DNA of 64,000 nt from Bacteroidota bacterium. Its GTDB lineage: Bacteria > Bacteroidota > Bacteroidia > NORP154. This document shows positions 48,775 to 58,644 of the stretch, in pieces. The notes under the pieces were generated by a model. The model was given only the letters and a program-made list of their open reading frames with translations. It made no database searches and was not told the DNA's origin. The translations under genes were made by a program, and so were the position numbers. Location of the stretch: contig JBDRNO010000094.1 of the NCBI GenBank assembly GCA_043811005.1, positions 319-64,318 of the forward strand. The letters run 5' to 3'. Within the stretch, counting starts at the first letter, position 1, and every line of letters begins with the position of its first letter.

Positions 48775-48975
48775 ATTCCTCATTTCGTTCCGCTGCGCTC
48801 CACTAAATTCGGAATGACAGCGTTTTTGAGAGAAACGTGGAGGGAGAGCGGTTGCGGGAACATAGAGCCGCTGCATACAACGTCTATACATTCCTGTTCC
48901 CGCACCCGCTCTCCCTCTTTACAAAAAAAATCACTGTCATTCCGATCCGCCAGCTGGCGGAGGAGTGAGGAATCT
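48775..48975. repeat. 200-bp nested palindrome built from two REP-like units around a 23-bp-stem hairpin
   Basis: attcctca (48775-48782) / tgaggaat (48966-48973). cggaatgacag (48810-48820) / ctgtcattccg (48934-48944). gagggagagcggttgcgggaaca / tgttcccgcacccgctctccctc has one mismatch in 23. The right unit contains CCGCCAGCTGGCGG. Confidence 0.75.
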
Positions 48976-49210
48976 ACCGGTAATGAAATACAATTTTTTA
49001 TATTAATCTGGCGAAAAGAACACCACTAAGAAAACATTACCCCGAAATAGTGCTATTTAGTTCAGTTTTGGAGTAAAACTCGCCGGGAACACTTGCCAAT
49101 AAAGGGGTTTAATTTAGCGAATATATCTCTTTAAGAGGCGATGATCTACCAAATATTTTTCTTCTTTAAATCAAAATTCACAATATTATTTACTAAAGCA
49201 TACATTACTA

Positions 49211-50611
49211 AGCCAACTATATTTTTCGCACCTGTCTTTCTCAACAAATTGGAAAAATAAAGCAAATCATTACATTACGAGTAGTATAATTTATGGTGAT
49301 GGAACAAACATTGGTATTGGCACAAATGATCCTTATGCAAAATTAGATATTGAAAGTTCCGGAACCGATGGAATTGATATAAATATCTCAGAAGGAGAAG
49401 GAGGAGACCCGAGAATAAAATTTCAACTTTCAGGAAATACAAAATTTACAATGGGTGTAGATGATTCAGATGATGATAAATTTAAAATAGGGACTTCTGC
49501 AATTTCAACGACTCCCCGGATGACTATTGATGGTTCCGGGTATGTTGGGATTGGAACAGAAGATCCCGGGACACAATTAGAAGTTAATTCTGGCGGTGCT
49601 GATGTTGCCCCAATTTTTGCAATTTCTACACCCAGTGCTGCTGATTTTGTTTCAATTTTTGGTGGAAGAAACTCTAATCAACTTCCATTTATAGCGTGGA
49701 GAAGAGGATCGTTTAGGTTTGCAACTGCTACGACTTTTGGAGGTGGCACATTTTCTGAAAAGATGAGAATAACTGAAAGCGGTGATGTTGGGATTGGGAC
49801 GGCTAGCCCTTCCTATCAGTTGCAATTAAGCCAGAATAGTGCAGCAAAACCTGGTTCAGATTTGTGGACAATAGCATCAGATATAACTTTAAAACAAGAC
49901 ACATCCTTGTTTACTGATGGGTTGAGCTTATTAAAGCAATTTCGCCCAATACGATTCAGATATAATGGACTTGGATACTTACCTACTGACTAATATTTTG
50001 TAGGTGTGATTGCTCAAGAAGTCCGAAATTACGCCCCATATATGATCGATACTACAACTATAGTGACAGATACTGCCAACAATCAAACAGTGGACATTCT
50101 TAGCTATAATGCTCATGCTTTAAAGTACATCATAATTAATGCAATTAAAGAATTAGATTGTAAATTTGATAGTGTTACCATTGCCAATGATTCATTATTA
50201 TTAGTTGTGTCTAGTTTTGAAAGCAGAATAACGGATATCGAAACCGCTTTACCGGCATGTTGTGATTCGTCATATTTCAAATCGAATAATCGGTTATCTA
50301 ATAATGAAGAAGAAGGAAATTATAGGAATGCTATTATAAATAGTAAGAAAAATGCTGTCTTGCATCAAACCCAACCCAATCCTTTCGATCAAAACACAAC
50401 TATCAGGTATTTCATACCGAAAGAGGCAACAACTGCTTCTGTTATTATTTACGACTTGCAGGGCAGGCAAATAAAGCAGTTCAGCTCTCTGGAAAGGGGA
50501 GAGGGAAGCGTAACGGTAAATGGTGGAGAGCTATACCCGGGCATATTCATATACGCCATGATAGTTGATGGTGAGGAAATTACTACAAAAAGAATGATCC
50601 TTACAAAATAA
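49211..50611 (+). pseudogene. Tail-fibre-like protein with a peptidase S74-type chaperone domain and a T9SS type A tail; lacks a start codon and carries an in-frame TAA
   Basis: The frame is open from 49211 with no ATG before 49451. Repeats read GDGTNIGIGTNDPYAKLDI / GYVGIGTEDPGTQLEV / GDVGIGTASPSYQLQL. An in-frame TAA lies at 49991-49993 within ...RFRYNGLGYLPTD*YFVGVIAQEV.... The C-terminus reads NPFDQNTTIRYFIP...IIYDLQGRQI. Confidence 0.6.
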
Positions 50612-50647
50612 AAATCAGATAAAATATGAATACGCATTTTCAACGCA

Positions 50648-50673
50648 AAAGCCCCGAATTTCCGGGGCTTTTT
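50648..50673 (+). terminator. Rho-independent terminator
   Basis: aaagccccg-aattt-ccggggcttt followed by ttttg, 37 nt after the stop at 50611. Confidence 0.7.
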
Positions 50674-50758
50674 GTATATATTTGACACAGTTTACCGGTA
50701 ATTCCTAACTTTCAAAGTCAATTTACGTATAAATCTTTGAAGCTCAACAGATCATAAA

Positions 50759-52732
50759 ATGCTAAGATATTTAGTCCTATTGCTACTTTTATTTGGCATG
50801 AACATCTTTGTGCCAATAAGTTATGCCCAAAAACAAGGTAATATCTGGTATTTCGGAGATGGTGCAGGATTGGATTTTAACAGCGGGGTTCCTGTTGCAT
50901 TAACTGATGGACAAACCTACTTTGCAGATTTCCATAATGAAGGTACTGCCGTAATATCAGACAGTTCCGGCTCCCTGTTGTTTTACAGCAACGGGGAAAA
51001 AGTGTGGAACCGGTATCACCAGGTTATGCCAAATGGAAACGGTTTGTTGGGACATCTTTCTTCAACACACGCTGCCTTTATTGTACCGAAACCCGGGAGT
51101 GAGATATTGTTCTATCTTTTTACTTCAGATTCTTATTATCAAAATGATTTAAAGAACGGTTTTAGATATTCGATAATCAATATGTGTTTGGATAATGGGC
51201 AGGGTGACATTGTTCCTGGAACCAAAAATATACTCTTATTGGATACTGTTGCAGAAAAAATTTCAGCTATAAAACATGCTAACAATATTGATTATTGGGT
51301 TATTACTCATAAATATTTTTCTGATGCCTTTTATGCTTTTTTATTGACAAGCAATGGGATTGAAGATACAGTTATTACGTATATTGGGTCTGTACATGAG
51401 GAAAATTGTATTCCTCCTAGTCCTAACTTAACAAGAGCTGCAATAGGACAAATTAAAGCTTCTCCTGATGGAACGAAACTGGCATTAGTCAATACCAATA
51501 CTTGCACGAATATTTCAGAATTGTTTGATTTTGACAAATCAACAGGAATTGTTTCCAACATTATTGATTTAAATACAAATGATGAAGGATGGTATGGTCT
51601 TACTTTTTCACCTGATAACACGAAGCTATATAAAACACACCTTTCTGAGACCAGAATCATTTATCAGTATGATCTTTCCGCAGGAGGAGGACATCCTGAT
51701 TCAATAATAAATTCTGAGAACTTAATTTCATTTATGTCTACAGGTGGTGTAGGTGCTGCGCATAGCCTGCAAATCGGTCCCGATGGAAAAATATATGTTG
51801 CTCGAGGGGATAAGAATTTTATAGCAGTAATCAATAATCCCAATTTTTATGGTGCAGCATGCAATTTTGAGGACAGTGCGGTTTATTTAAACGGCAAAAT
51901 ATGTTCGTATGGCTTGCCCAATTTTATTGACAATTATGATTATTCTAGCACAGGGGTTACTTTACCCCCCATAGCAAACATTACAGGACCTGCATCGATC
52001 TGTTCAGGAGACAGTGTGGAACTGATATCCGGTATCGCTGCCTCTTATGTATGGCTATTTAATGGCTTGCCCATAATACCTGGAACAACACAGACTATTA
52101 TTGCATCATCAGCCGGGGATTACCAGGTAGCAGCAATAAACGATTGCGGAGCGGATACATCGGCTATAAAAACGATAACCGTAGATCCTTTGCCTGATGC
52201 AGATGCCGGTAATGACACTGCTATTATTTCAGGAAGCAGTGTTCAATTGTCCGGCTCTGGGGGCATAGTATATTCATGGAGCCCATCAGCAGGTTTGAGC
52301 GATCCCAATATTTCCAACCCTTTAGCATCCCCAACAGAAACAACTATTTACTACCTTACTGTTACAGATACAAATGAATGTTCAGATACGGATTCGGTAA
52401 TTATCACGGTCATGGATTCCGTAATTATCCCGGTTCCTGATGAATTGGATATATTCATACCTGATATTTTTTCACCCAACGGGGATGGAGAAAATGATGT
52501 TTTATATGTTTATGGTAAAGCGATAGAAAACATATTATTTGTTGTGTATGACAGGTGGGGAGAGAAAGTTTATGAGGCAAAGGAAGTTACAAACGGACAG
52601 GATGGTGAGGTCATCGCGGGATGGAACGGCACTTTCGATAACAAACCACTGGACCCTGCTGTTTTTGTATATTATCTTGAGGTAAATGATGGGGCGATAA
52701 TTAAAAAGGGGAATATTACCCTGATACGCTGA
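50759..52732 (+). CDS. T9SS type B (gliding-motility CTD) surface protein with an N-terminal propeller-like domain
   Basis: Signal peptide, then GNIWYFGDGAGLDFNSG. The C-terminus reads IPDIFSPNGDGENDVLYVYG...YDRWGEKVYE...GWNGTF....LDPAVFVYYLEV...GNITLIR. Confidence 0.85.
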   Translation: MLRYLVLLLLLFGMNIFVPISYAQKQGNIWYFGDGAGLDFNSGVPVALTDGQTYFADFHNEGTAVISDSSGSLLFYSNGEKVWNRYHQVMPNGNGLLGHLSSTHAAFIVPKPGSEILFYLFTSDSYYQNDLKNGFRYSIINMCLDNGQGDIVPGTKNILLLDTVAEKISAIKHANNIDYWVITHKYFSDAFYAFLLTSNGIEDTVITYIGSVHEENCIPPSPNLTRAAIGQIKASPDGTKLALVNTNTCTNISELFDFDKSTGIVSNIIDLNTNDEGWYGLTFSPDNTKLYKTHLSETRIIYQYDLSAGGGHPDSIINSENLISFMSTGGVGAAHSLQIGPDGKIYVARGDKNFIAVINNPNFYGAACNFEDSAVYLNGKICSYGLPNFIDNYDYSSTGVTLPPIANITGPASICSGDSVELISGIAASYVWLFNGLPIIPGTTQTIIASSAGDYQVAAINDCGADTSAIKTITVDPLPDADAGNDTAIISGSSVQLSGSGGIVYSWSPSAGLSDPNISNPLASPTETTIYYLTVTDTNECSDTDSVIITVMDSVIIPVPDELDIFIPDIFSPNGDGENDVLYVYGKAIENILFVVYDRWGEKVYEAKEVTNGQDGEVIAGWNGTFDNKPLDPAVFVYYLEVNDGAIIKKGNITLIR

Positions 52733-52819
52733 AGCTACTCCCAGTACTCGTGGTGGAATCTCCACTACTGCTGAGTGCAGCTCATCGGAATTTGTGCGGG
52801 GGCATCCCAGCGGGGTAAC

Positions 52820-53137
52820 TTATGCCACTGTAGATTCTTCCTGAATAGATTTTAGCATTTCATGCTTAATAAATCCTCGTAAGCTCAAATCTTCATCAAG
52901 CTTAGACCAATGAATACCTGTTCTGCTAATTTCATAGTTATTTAATAATTCTTCAGAGGTATTATTCAACCGTTTGAACTCTGACAGGTTCCTTTTTATT
53001 ACCTTTTTATTATTAAGCAAAATGATCATCAAATCCATATCCTTATAAAAATATGCTGCTTTAATCCTCAAACCATCCTCCAGAATCATTTTATCGATTT
53101 CATCCAGGTTCCACCTATTATTTTTCAAAGTACTCAT
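52820..53137 (-). CDS. DUF2442 domain protein
   Basis: 105 aa. ...NYEISRTGIHWSKLDEDLSLRGF matches the DUF2442 C-terminal signature (G.GIHWP.LDEDIS..GL). It overlaps the upstream DUF4160 gene by 20 nt. Confidence 0.7.
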   Translation of the reverse strand: MSTLKNNRWNLDEIDKMILEDGLRIKAAYFYKDMDLMIILLNNKKVIKRNLSEFKRLNNTSEELLNNYEISRTGIHWSKLDEDLSLRGFIKHEMLKSIQEESTVA

Positions 53138-53357
53138 TCCATTTAGATATTAAAAATTCATGGTTTTCTTTTATTATTTTCATTATTTGTGCTTCCTCTT
53201 GTGATTTAAAGTCGAAGTAATACTCTGGTTTGGGTTCTGGCAGCAACCAAATTTTTGCATCACCTTTTCCTTTTTTTACGTGAACATGAGGCGGTTCGTT
53301 TCTATCAGATGAAAAAAAGAAAAATCTAAATCCTTTTATAGATAGCACTGTTGGCAT
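53118..53357 (-). CDS. DUF4160 domain protein
   Basis: 79 aa. MPTVLSIKGFRFFFFSSDRNEPPHVHVKKG matches the DUF4160 N-terminal signature (MP.I....G......Y..DH.PPH.H). Confidence 0.7.
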   Translation of the reverse strand: MPTVLSIKGFRFFFFSSDRNEPPHVHVKKGKGDAKIWLLPEPKPEYYFDFKSQEEAQIMKIIKENHEFLISKWNEYFEK

Positions 53358-53585
53358 AGAACTGCAAATTTAACGAATTTTTGTTTCTTAAGGTTTCATT
53401 ATTTCTCTTAATGCTGAAAAAATTAATTTTTGTTCATTCATGCTTCCAGTGCTATTAGTGAAGTAATGTCTTGGGGCATAATATTTATCTAAAATTGGAC
53501 CGTAAATATACGAAAAGATGTTATAATACCTACCCTTCAAAGAACCATTTTCCAGCGGAAACCACAGATGATGTGTTGCGTGCTG

Positions 53586-53622
53586 GGTCTCCCTCTCCCT
53601 TCGGGGAGGATCGGGGTGGGGC
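53586..53622 (+). repeat. Short copy of the GGTCTCCCTCTCC...GGGGAGGATCGGGGTGGGGC element
   Basis: GGTCTCCCTCTCCcttcGGGGAGGATCGGGGTGGGGC has the same head and tail as 18656-18724. It sits exactly at the breakpoint of the orphan gene fragment. Confidence 0.7.
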
Positions 53623-53629
53623 GGCTCTT

Positions 53630-53727
53630 CCTTCCACAAACCCCTGGACCCTGCTGTGTTTGTATATTATCTTGAGGTAAATGATGGGGATAGAATGAAA
53701 AAGGGGAATATTACACTGGTACGCTGA
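53630..53727 (+). pseudogene. Orphan 3' fragment duplicating the C-terminal end of the 50759-52732 T9SS gene
   Basis: About 97 nt parallel 52631-52732. A 46-nt core (ctggaccctgctgt.tttgtatattatcttgaggtaaatgatgggg) has one mismatch. It translates to ..FHKPLDPAVFVYYLEVNDGDRMKKGNITLVR*. There is no start, and an upstream in-frame stop lies at 53569-53571. Confidence 0.75.
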
Positions 53728-53806
53728 CCGCGTTCGCATAAAGCTTTAGCGGTTGCGAAAGCTGCAGGGTAAACTTTGGTAAGATAAACTTCCAATTTAA
53801 ACAACT

Positions 53807-56800
53807 CTACAACCGCCCACCAAGCACACAAGTCTCCTTGTATTTCTCAATATTTCCATCCAAATCAAAAACCTCGAAGAAGATAATATATATCCCCATC
53901 CTGGCTTTTTCGTTATTTTCATTTATCCCATCCCACGAGAAAGTTCCCTCATCAGTGCCTAATAATTCATTTTGCACAAGATATTTTGCAGGCCTTCCCT
54001 TTGAATCATATATGGTAATATTTGCTACAAATCCCGGGGAATCAAATTTATAGCTGATATTAACAACATCATTGAAGCCATCATTATCGGGTGAGAAGAT
54101 CTCAGGGTCAATGGTTATTGGTTCATCTGTAACCCCGGAAGTGTTAAACTGGGAATTTTTGTAACCGGGAGTTGCAAAACCAATAACTTCAGCCGCTGAA
54201 TGCCAGTTGGTAGCATCATTGGTGAGTCTGTTAAAACCCAGTCTCTCTAAGGAGACACCACCTTTATCGTTTAATAATGCAAAATGCATATCCTCATCAT
54301 AAGTAAAACTGTCGGAAACTTCAAGTAAATTATTTAATAATATCACGGTTCCGTCACCATCATTGTAGCTTGGCAAGGCGTCAATTTCAACAAAGGTTTC
54401 TTCATTGCCCAAAGGGTATTCATCTTTAATATTTGCTCCGTCTTGTGTGAGTACGGCATATTCTTCCGGAAAGAGAACATAGGGAGTTTGGATAATCGGT
54501 TTAATGTTGGCAATAGTGTTGGCTTCAATATTTGCTAATTTCCAGTTACTAATGTCAATGTATCTGCCTGAATTATTGTAAACCTCAACAAAGTCAGAGC
54601 CGCCTGTTCTGGGATTAAATAATACTTCATTTATAATAATATCCTGTGGCAGCCCTTGTTCGGGCAAAGCAAAATCGGCAGAATTACCGGTTCCAATCAG
54701 GTTGCCAACGCAATCATTAATGCCGGTAACTGTAACCGTATAAACGATGCCTTCTACAATGGGAGTGGAAAGGAGCAGCAGAACAGTTTTGTTATCCTGG
54801 CAAATAATGGAATCAATGCCAATTCCTTTTGTAATCGTAAAGGATGCTGATAAAACGCTTGAACTGTCAATAATTTCGTCAAAAGTAAGTATGACCTGAA
54901 CAGGATCGGCTGCATCTGCCCTTAGAAGAACGGGATTTAGATTATCAGGGTTGGGGGCATCAACAGAATTTTGCTGCCCGGGTGTTCCTCCCTTTGCATC
55001 AACTGATGCCCGCCAGTTGCTTCCTTCCCCGCATGGATTGCCGGGGTCTATCATTTCCAGTGACCAGCCCCCATCTTCTTTGTTGTTATCTCCATACCAG
55101 CTAATAGAATAATTAACCGAATGTATCACATTTCCCTGGTTGTCATATATGCTTAGCAGCTCTCCATCATTGGTTAAAGAGGGGAAAGAAGCCAGCGGCA
55201 GGACCGCTCCAAACTGTTCAAATTCAGAGGCGGCATCCTCATCGCATAAAATAATATAATCACCGGACAGTAAAATGTGTGGATCCAATGAATTTGGAGA
55301 GCCCTCATCGGCAAATTGCCATTCCCTAAGGTCAAATGCTTTGTTACTGTTATTGTATAATTCCACAAATTCATATTCCGGCAAACCTACAACAGGCGAA
55401 GGGTCAGGAAATATCTCGCTGATCACCACATCATATTTATCTGCCGGTAATGAAATTACAAACCGGGCTGTATTATTCGAACTTACCAGGTTACCTGCAC
55501 AATCAGTGATGCTGTCTGCCGTAATAGTGTAAACTGTCCCGGCATCAATTGTGGGGCTCAATACCAGGATGCATGAAGTAAAATCGCTTGGATCAACGAT
55601 AACCGAAACAACGTTTAATCCGTTATTCACAAAGTAAGAACCTGTTATCAATCCTGAACTGTCCATAAGTTCGGAGAAGTTAAGGATCACTTGCGATGAG
55701 TCAATGGCATAGGCGCTCAAGAGATCTGGAGATTGTGTATCAGGTGTAGTGTCATGAACCGAATTTTTAAATCCGGGAGTTCCGCCACCCGGATTGATCG
55801 AAGCCGTCCAGTTGTTTGAACCGCTACAGATCGCTAAAGGATTAATTAATTCAAGAGACCATCCGCCTTCATCCTTGTCCGGGTCATTATACCATTGATC
55901 CGTGTAATTGACGCGATCCACCATGGTAGCCACATCATTTTTTAAAGACATATTATCACCTGAATTATTAAGTGTCGGCCATGTTGAAAGTCCGATAACA
56001 GCCCCATAAGGACTAAAGCTTGCAGTATCTGCAACCGGACAAAGGATTACATAATCACCGGAGAGTAAAAAGAAGGTTGATAAAATGCCTGTGGAACTAC
56101 CATCTGAAAATTCCCAGCCATTTAAATCAAATGCCTTATTGCCTGTGTTAAAAAGCTCAATATACTCAATCTCTGGCAGCCCGACCTGAGGGCTTGGATC
56201 GGCAAAGATCTCATTGATCACCACATCTTTATACAAGGCGGTATCGGGCACAAAATACATAAACTGAACATTTGTAGGTGATATAATGGAATCCCCGGAA
56301 AGATTTTCAACATTTGAAATGGATAAGGTATTTGTAACACCACTTTGAAATGCTATCGAAAAAGTTAAATGAACGAAACTGGAATCCGTACCATCCCTGA
56401 CTGCATTCGAAGAATTGCCAATACCATTGTCTACAGAGTAATTGGTGGTGGTTTCTGCTGTTGTTTGTTCTACCACTTCAGAAAATTGGATATCTATTGT
56501 TGTATCAGAAAGTACTGATATAGATAAAATTGTGGGAGGTACAATATAAAAGGTAAAATCTTCAGTTGCTGTGATAATGGTATTCCCGCTACGGTCTTCC
56601 ACATTATTGACAGTTAGGGTGTTTTGAAGTCCATCCGTGAAACTGATCGTAAAAGTTAAGTGAACTAAGCTGGAGTCCGTACCATCTCTCACGGCAGAAT
56701 AAGGATTCCCAATGCCATTATTAACTGAATAGTTGGTAAGCGTTTCTGCTGTTGTTTTTTTCACTACCTCAGAAAACTGCACATCAAGTGTTGTGTCGGA

Positions 56801-57487
56801 TAATACCAGGACAGTATCAATTGAAGGAGGAATTGTGTCGGGAATGATAGTGCCTACATAAAAATCATCAAAATAAAACTTGTCTGACCGGGTTGAAGTA
56901 TAGTCACAAAAGACACCGGAAAAATTTGATAGTGTATGGGTGTTGTCAAACACCGTGCCTTCGGAAAAATAATTTGTTCCTCCCAGTATATCGGAAAAAA
57001 GCTGCCAGTTACCGGCAGTATCACGGATAACTTTTACCCTAACGGTAACAGGAGAATAATCTACCCTGTCATCAACGCCATCAATAATTTCAGTTTCTGT
57101 CGCTCCAGTTTTTTCATAAAGAGATATCTCATCGGTAGTATTTCCGATCTTTACAAAATATCCATTCAGAGGACCATTCAGATTTGCCGTATCAGAAACC
57201 AAAAATATATTGGCATAATTAGCGCTTGAAGGGTTGAAATCCAACATTACATAAAAGGCCCATTCAGTACTGTCTATCGAAGTACTTGGTGTGCTCAAAT
57301 ACGCCACATCATCAACAGCCGGAGCATTAAGATGTAACTGGTATGACAGGTCAACCTCAAATTTAGAGTTATCCCCGCTCCAGGCAGGATTATTGGTAAA
57401 ATCCCCATCAGAAAAATCATCGGTGAGTTGTGCTGAAACACAAATGGGAAAGAGATAAATAAAAAATATTATTAATAATTTTTTCAT
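53807..57487 (-). CDS. Large secreted protein with three lamin-tail (LTD) domains and Ig-like repeats
   Basis: Signal peptide. There are three LTD-like modules (VINEIFADPSPQVGLPEIEYIELFNTGNKAFDLNGW, VISEIFPDPSPVVGLPEYEFVELYNNSNKAFDLREW, IINEVLFNPRTGGSDFVEVYNNSGRYIDISNW). The C-terminus reads EIFSPDNDGFNDV... Confidence 0.75.
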   Translation of the reverse strand: MKKLLIIFFIYLFPICVSAQLTDDFSDGDFTNNPAWSGDNSKFEVDLSYQLHLNAPAVDDVAYLSTPSTSIDSTEWAFYVMLDFNPSSANYANIFLVSDTANLNGPLNGYFVKIGNTTDEISLYEKTGATETEIIDGVDDRVDYSPVTVRVKVIRDTAGNWQLFSDILGGTNYFSEGTVFDNTHTLSNFSGVFCDYTSTRSDKFYFDDFYVGTIIPDTIPPSIDTVLVLSDTTLDVQFSEVVKKTTAETLTNYSVNNGIGNPYSAVRDGTDSSLVHLTFTISFTDGLQNTLTVNNVEDRSGNTIITATEDFTFYIVPPTILSISVLSDTTIDIQFSEVVEQTTAETTTNYSVDNGIGNSSNAVRDGTDSSFVHLTFSIAFQSGVTNTLSISNVENLSGDSIISPTNVQFMYFVPDTALYKDVVINEIFADPSPQVGLPEIEYIELFNTGNKAFDLNGWEFSDGSSTGILSTFFLLSGDYVILCPVADTASFSPYGAVIGLSTWPTLNNSGDNMSLKNDVATMVDRVNYTDQWYNDPDKDEGGWSLELINPLAICSGSNNWTASINPGGGTPGFKNSVHDTTPDTQSPDLLSAYAIDSSQVILNFSELMDSSGLITGSYFVNNGLNVVSVIVDPSDFTSCILVLSPTIDAGTVYTITADSITDCAGNLVSSNNTARFVISLPADKYDVVISEIFPDPSPVVGLPEYEFVELYNNSNKAFDLREWQFADEGSPNSLDPHILLSGDYIILCDEDAASEFEQFGAVLPLASFPSLTNDGELLSIYDNQGNVIHSVNYSISWYGDNNKEDGGWSLEMIDPGNPCGEGSNWRASVDAKGGTPGQQNSVDAPNPDNLNPVLLRADAADPVQVILTFDEIIDSSSVLSASFTITKGIGIDSIICQDNKTVLLLLSTPIVEGIVYTVTVTGINDCVGNLIGTGNSADFALPEQGLPQDIIINEVLFNPRTGGSDFVEVYNNSGRYIDISNWKLANIEANTIANIKPIIQTPYVLFPEEYAVLTQDGANIKDEYPLGNEETFVEIDALPSYNDGDGTVILLNNLLEVSDSFTYDEDMHFALLNDKGGVSLERLGFNRLTNDATNWHSAAEVIGFATPGYKNSQFNTSGVTDEPITIDPEIFSPDNDGFNDVVNISYKFDSPGFVANITIYDSKGRPAKYLVQNELLGTDEGTFSWDGINENNEKARMGIYIIFFEVFDLDGNIEKYKETCVLGGRL

Positions 57488-57640
57488 GTCAAGTAGGAAT
57501 TAAATCACAAATTTAGGTGTAATATATTTCATTTATAAATTAAAACTGCAAATTTTTATACCTTTATGACGTTAATTTTACTCGACTTTATGGACAAACA
57601 TTAATTAGGGTTTGTCTATAAAGCAGCAAAAAATCAAATC

Positions 57641-58642
57641 ATGAAAATAGCAATAATAGGCGCAACAGGTCTTGTAGGCAGGACTATGATAAAGGTTTTA
57701 GATGAAAGGGATTTTCCTGTACATGAGTTGGTTCCTGTAGCTTCAGGGAGATCTGAAGGGAAGGAAATAAGGTATAGGGGTATAGGGTATAAGGTTATTG
57801 GCTTGGAAGAAGCAGTTGCACAATGCCCTGATATTGCTTTATTCTCAGCAGGCAGTGCTGTTTCATTAGAATGGGCACCGAAATTTGCAGAAGCAGGAAC
57901 AACTGTTATTGATAATTCATCTGCATGGAGGATGGATCCCGGTATTAAGCTGATCGTTCCCGAAATTAATGCAACCCTCCTTTCCTCCAAAGATAAGATC
58001 ATTGCAAATCCTAATTGTTCAACCATCCAGATGGTTATGGTGATGGCGCCACTTCATGAAAAATATAAGATAAGAAGGATTGTTGTTTCCACTTATCAAT
58101 CGGTTACAGGAACGGGGATGAAAGCCGTTAAGCAGTTAGAGAATGAACGAAAAGGAAATCTCGAAATCCGCAATCCGGAAATGGCTTATCCTTACCCAAT
58201 TGACAAAAACTGCCTGCCACACTGCGATGGCTTTACAGAAAGCGGATACACAAAAGAAGAGATCAAACTGATAAATGAAACCCAAAAAATACTAAATGAT
58301 CATTCAATTGGCATAACAGCCACGGCAGTAAGGGTTCCGGTTATTAGGGGACATTCGGAAGCGGTGAACGTTGAGTTTGGGAATGATTACAACATTAAAG
58401 AAGCAAGAAGCATTTTATCAGCAACAAAAGGTGTGGTTGTTCAGGATGATATTTTAAATAATCAATACCCAATGCCAATATTTGCAGAAGGAAAAGATGA
58501 GGTGTTCGTGGGTCGCCTGAGGCGGGATGAATCAAAACCCAATACCTTGAATTTATGGATCGTTGCCGATAATCTCAGAAAAGGAGCCGCAACCAATGCG
58601 GTACAGATTGCGGAGTATTTGGTAGAGAATAAGCTTGTTTGA
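57641..58642 (+). CDS. asd: Aspartate-semialdehyde dehydrogenase
   Basis: N-terminal Rossmann motif MKIAIIGATGLVG, active-site NPNCSTI and downstream VRVPV..GHS. Confidence 0.93.
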   Translation: MKIAIIGATGLVGRTMIKVLDERDFPVHELVPVASGRSEGKEIRYRGIGYKVIGLEEAVAQCPDIALFSAGSAVSLEWAPKFAEAGTTVIDNSSAWRMDPGIKLIVPEINATLLSSKDKIIANPNCSTIQMVMVMAPLHEKYKIRRIVVSTYQSVTGTGMKAVKQLENERKGNLEIRNPEMAYPYPIDKNCLPHCDGFTESGYTKEEIKLINETQKILNDHSIGITATAVRVPVIRGHSEAVNVEFGNDYNIKEARSILSATKGVVVQDDILNNQYPMPIFAEGKDEVFVGRLRRDESKPNTLNLWIVADNLRKGAATNAVQIAEYLVENKLV

Positions 58643-58644
58643 AT

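Noticed and set aside
48814-49029. 71-aa ORF (MTAFLRETWRESGCGNIEPLH...)
   Set aside because: It lies entirely within the 200-bp nested palindrome. It is an artefact of stop-free GC-rich repeat sequence.
49141-49260. 39-aa ORF (MIYQIFFFFKSKFTILF...) as the missing N-terminus of the tail-fibre-like gene via a +1 frameshift
   Set aside because: The peptide does not look like a signal peptide or like the expected repeat region. Joining it would require an unsupported frameshift near 49250-49262, so it is left unannotated.
53388-53739. Three overlapping small ORFs (83, 69 and 69 aa) between the DUF4160 gene and the LTD gene
   Set aside because: They read through the GC-rich repeat, or run antisense to the orphan C-terminal-domain fragment. 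The 76-aa ORF at 52535-52765 is the equivalent antisense artefact of the intact copy. I cannot exclude a real small protein in 53388-53560, but I have no support for one.
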